Shown here: positions 63,801 through 64,000 of the stretch, piece after piece
How the letters are laid out: each line of letters begins with the position of its first letter
Numbering within the stretch: the stretch's first letter is position 1
Origin: Candidatus Woesearchaeota archaeon
Lineage (GTDB): Archaea; Nanobdellota; Nanobdellia; Pacearchaeales; GW2011-AR1
NCBI GenBank assembly: GCA_964516745.1
Contig: CAZEYD010000001.1
Coordinates: forward strand, 101,047-165,046
Direction of reading: 5' to 3'
DNA length: 64,000 nt
Notes under the pieces: generated by a model
The model's database searches: none
What the model saw: the letters and a program-made list of their open reading frames with translations, nothing else
What the model was told of the DNA's origin: nothing
Position numbers and translations under genes: made by a program

Positions 63801-64000
63801 ATCACTACCATCAAGCTCAGTACAAATAGCACCATTCATTAAATCACACACTCCGGCATATATCAAACTATCATAATTTGTATTCTGAACACATCTACCT
63901 CCATAGCAACCTATATCCCTATCACACTCTTCAAAACCATCATATCTCTTATAAAAACACCTCTCCCCATAATTTGTTATAGAATCACAACTTTCGTGAC
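54828..64000 (-). CDS. Mega-protein, >3056 aa, 5' end outside window: Cys-rich/DxDxDG repeat region - FN3-like - LamG - CBM-like modules - Gly-rich domain - C-terminal triple beta repeat
   Basis: The track start at 63866 is a TTG inside a repeat. The frame stays open to 64000 (..HESCDSITNYGERCFYKRYDGFEECDRDIGCYGGRCVQNTNYDSLIYAGVCD..). Cys is very abundant in the first ~1700 aa. LamG end: LLDEVRIYDRTLTQEEVIDDMQSGL. Modules paralogous to the 2221-aa protein include AATDSGDDYFY and DNYFHV.A.DGA.N.G.V..FGPF. Confidence 0.85.
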   Translation of the reverse strand, partial: HESCDSITNYGERCFYKRYDGFEECDRDIGCYGGRCVQNTNYDSLIYAGVCDLMNGAICTELDGSDICVTSGVCLIDPNHDNSTNDCAGSNCLRTNTQTFDLDNDNDLDYCDAGVWKDCTTATVATTCNVTGGSYAGTETSDICNVAGECSATCTTSDCVYTRNDGYEECDSSSACTNGRCVQNTNYDILRDSGVCDSMDSAICTELDGSDICVASGVCLIDPNHDNSTNDCAGSNCLKTNTQTFDLDNDGDLDYCDAGVWKDCNVNAQCAITSGYRCNTATDDCINTCTQHSDCTSANSNYYCSNAGICTVKKGVGVACADASVYDTDSDAMCSDGTYAMSCYSGYNANCQGVAAASSGFCRRDPGEDCTSGNHCGVGVCTAALCNTKSVDKCLTGSCGTECSYDGTTYSTHDFNMFSANNNGCGVEPGPTCGDDGSVNNCGGVGDTYDSDCQTSCFAGTTYCSNAPVFNLWGYCVNLTISDNACGGCANDCEGLPNVSGTAPTCTDSKCNYVDCDAGYADSDNDDGCVYGVCTGCEDWCEDNDVYVDDNTFSDFDDSSGLACDSSSNVDCASSGCLNLEISAPTTITTGSCTANTGTDTIGIGGETKVCCSGDWIRASCSGTSCSDDGDYSDCCSTPDCDTGNGYRCNTNKCINTCNVNVDCGVGFFCNNSQLCQAQLLDGAGCDDVSFVNSASEDASACANGHCDDDLVGATDDFHCYTPTGTNSLYDNQEATKCEYDTGNAVDIFADEQSAGYSKDNTGIGLNFRGCPAFSSCYVSSTSLCQAFDGDYSTSFCSALGSDWTSITSGDRETDSTDCSDGVTCGDGTASNGFCCGDDASENYNMEETYSTSIAFDNNEVACCNVASDCVAGGICYAVQNAGTTDVGLNVGGDDNKSHCYNSGGVGKWLECDQSDFMDYWCGNVCGPAKGVSSPRDSGNPDQDWNAVFSGEAGVGEYANTATLGCCGDDADESYLWRLADVSMDLSYATDTSDEACCLASGKCIDDNTCYAAGLLTHNADGDADVDYCIGGTWKDCLTNTQCDTANGYRCNTVTDDCINTCSVNADCVLGFFCAEDGTCDAELGTGSNCDFGITESDSSAESNGACSSDFCRDDYDDVDSNTDGFCDINEQCFCAGDSNDCVYDGTTVDTGSSGQTGDATDCYETGDNDENGMNWLCTNGAWDPSNCGGGQYCSTGTCTDCTTNECVGYLSCRDGVNAGCCDSDTECGTYNTCDTDTSSTARYQCDTCFALTRGVFDTTSRNNNPFGDMCFNISLTSTSDTCIMYDTYDTEEEDDDFTLRINKTYFSNSFASGNNDWAYWAFNDTTTSQFVTGWNVFEFEADECCFAIADVMVGYLVSEVGAVDLSSSSSCCDASTDCVDDWEMGHHASTGGPAGSWGCYNNAVTKNTGGGDDDDDKEYCSSGTWLAADDDETACGATGIDGYWSSVYTCCNGDDTTDDCVQDSDCNGECSSDCECTLDCDAHSDCSSGFFCNNSGNCAVQKALNVACDDASVIDSDSDAMCSDTSYDMSCYIGYNANCQGVAEATNGFCRRDPDETCVNGTECGVGVCTSGLCNAKSSLKCLTGDCGDECSSDGTLYSLHDFNMFSYNNNGCGAEPGPTCADNDLRAACGTGGDNYDSDCQLSCHSGTTFCSNFDSGKCINLTISDNACGGCTYNCEGLPHVSGTAPTCTDSKCNYVDCAAGYADSNNDDGDVYTSSDGCEDFCGDNDVYVDDNTFDNYSASSGLACVGADEITCPSNGCLDLEISFPVSITTAGSCTANTDTGTIGGETKVCCSGDWIRASCSGTSCSDDGAYSDCCSDSDCDASEYCNSTNNCAGVSVPVISSVSPQTDSPLISESGEIVVIWTGSLPASYEYGLEMTSPSSLSLYNGSSLSYTHLSLDDNIEYCYRVRVQDSGAVHSSAWSSTVCNLTADRTGPDSPEFDLTASVANNRIDIETAEGDDGLVLYMPFEEGSGTVASDWSVEDHDGTHYNGLSYVDGKDRNGEALSFNGADDYVESTAPDINIGDPFTFSLWFNSGGTQGSNAKMIANYARANLYLSSSGRVYFLVYNNSGYQSIYSDVLSNDQWYYASGVYDGSEISLYINGSLAQSKTIGTSGRDFTSSMGIGRDYSDWTGYFEGLLDEVRIYDRTLTQEEVIDDMQSGLLKHGFYQSETSSGDYVPLEGISDDFGDGDATNDPTWEALYSSLSATNNYLEILSTTGDEARGYVSEDLSSNLMIEFDTLVDVGEYIMWGFLASPYTWTVANPTNGVRCWTDISDPTTTTKTDIVEFESGGASTNFDIKSARDIVIPDIVNDEWVHVKIIKYGNNYKMFVNDIFSYEAIDDTFADTTLRLFLGTASGGDIHFDNVKVTPLVASDIYSDTTATDDTDPSAVGSLDSSSHDEGGISSNTTATFDWTAATDSGDDYFYFLKEWDVDGNEDSKTENPGFEQSMTDWSSYTQADISISIDNNVAYSGNKSYKITRILDNDGNNEWGGLKATNVYSRWNLEPGKSYVLEFDYMGDRVATDGVSVYLCYTVGWCSMGNGWPTESLTSISGSSSNTSGAWEHYTGEFDYTEAFSTACDGATCMKELKIGFSYLAQNLGTEYFWIDNVMIHEADSSTITTGLSNYRVACDQVASTTPDETIIYDGDYVVQTFTSDGTFTPSAAGNVEVLLVAGGGGGSEGIYDDGSGGGGGGVVIDTVAVTEQSYTITVGAGGAALSNGQNSAAFGLTAIGGGRGAGHRSTNTYGGGSGGGAGGAYASTDGGDGITNGGIATVGQGFNGGDNTYRAYAGSGGGGGSAVGTSATEGVGGAGGTGVLSSISGTATYYAGGGGGYGGTSGGVGGSGGGGTCVNPSTVTTAGTVNSGGGGAGGSSDRTSRASAGGSGIVIIRYLSSVASPGYVCTDLPDGDNYFHVLAVDGAGNTGAVSHFGPFNIFAVGPPSANRFEVRGGVGTDLAFVDDKGDMYLKGEVSISQSSLSPSIDSFIIQNSSGGVVSFFDSNGDLFLKGIVDVGSDLSGSGTRLEFQNSTDDVVAFLDSSGNLKLQGGFVENYL
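55316..55990 (-). other. Glycine-rich domain (poly-G strands alternating with short beta segments)
   Basis: NVEVLLVAGGGGGSEGIYDDGSGGGGGGVVIDTVAVTEQSYTITVGAGGAAL..NSAAFGLTAIGGGRGAG......GGGSGGGAGG...GGGGSAVG...GGAGGTG...YYAGGGGGYGGTSGGVGGSGGGG...SGGGGAGGS...AGGSGIVIIRY. It resembles the glycine-rich domain seen in phage-tail-fibre-like and other large surface proteins. Confidence 0.5.
58535..59560. repeat. ~1.03-kb intragenic segmental duplication, copy B
   Basis: Collinear with 62085-63130 (offset ~3.55-3.57 kb). Shared strings include GETKVCCSGDWIRASCSGTSCSDDG.YSDCCS, NLTISDNACGGC..NCEGLP.VSGTAPTCTDSKCNYVDC.AGYADS.NDDG and HDFNMFS.NNNGCG.EPGPTC. Confidence 0.85.
62085..63130. repeat. ~1.03-kb intragenic segmental duplication, copy A
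   Basis: See 58535-59560. Confidence 0.85.
63195..64000. repeat. Tandem 435-nt (145-aa) coding repeats at the 5' part of the mega-gene, at least 2 units in the window
   Basis: 63200-63430 and 63635-63865 are near-identical (ATCTAAATCAAATGTTTGAGTATT at 63255 and 63690). Each unit encodes GRCVQNTNYD...GVCD...AICTELDGSDICV.SGVCLIDPNHDNSTNDCAGSNCL.TNTQTFDLDND.DLDYCDAGVWKDC. Confidence 0.85.

Noticed and set aside
26747-63866. Track start codons at 26749, 35370 and 63866.
   Set aside because: Each is a TTG translated as M. For 26749 and 35370 a nearby ATG gives a better SD or a paralog-matching signal peptide (26746 and 35337). At 63866 the frame simply continues open to the window edge.
1-64000. 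CRISPR array, tRNA, rRNA or other classical RNA genes.
   Set aside because: I saw no regularly spaced short direct repeats with unique spacers. No intergenic stretch is GC-rich enough and long enough to look like a tRNA or rRNA. This was a by-eye scan only, and a tRNAscan/Infernal run would be decisive.

Overview
Visibly AT-rich, gene-dense archaeal window (GC not computed). Archaeal/eukaryotic-type ribosomal proteins eS27, eL42 and eS1 plus ndk lie at 1.5-3.8 kb. TATA-like boxes sit about 30 nt upstream of several ATGs, suggesting leaderless mRNAs. A small-genome DPANN-like origin is inference only. Positions 1-4.5 kb are housekeeping genes. From 4.66 kb to the right edge every supported gene is on the minus strand. 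About 47.7 kb (~74% of the window) encodes nine giant secreted proteins of 850 to >3056 aa. Four are LamG / CBM-like / fibrinogen-like lectin-domain proteins. Four are phage-tail-fibre-like repeat proteins. One is a Cys-rich plus Gly-rich mega-protein that runs off the window. The array is modular. Three mutually divergent wHTH-nucleotidyltransferase + HEPN pairs each sit directly upstream of a giant gene, with stop/start overlap or a gap of at most 37 nt. Bro-N/DinD-like genes (2 intact, 1 pseudogene, 1 fossil) and one Fic gene are interspersed. Three operon ends carry the same hairpin element. The giant genes are mosaics of near-identical 0.1-0.8 kb blocks with conserved ends and linkers around swapped middles. 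The spacers contain fossils of deleted cassette parts. My leading hypothesis is a recombining host/surface-attachment fibre repertoire whose operons are led by HEPN/NTase modules, an arrangement I do not recognise as described. I found no reverse transcriptase, CRISPR array, integrase, capsid/terminase, tRNA or rRNA. All domain calls rest on motifs read by eye, and no database search was possible.
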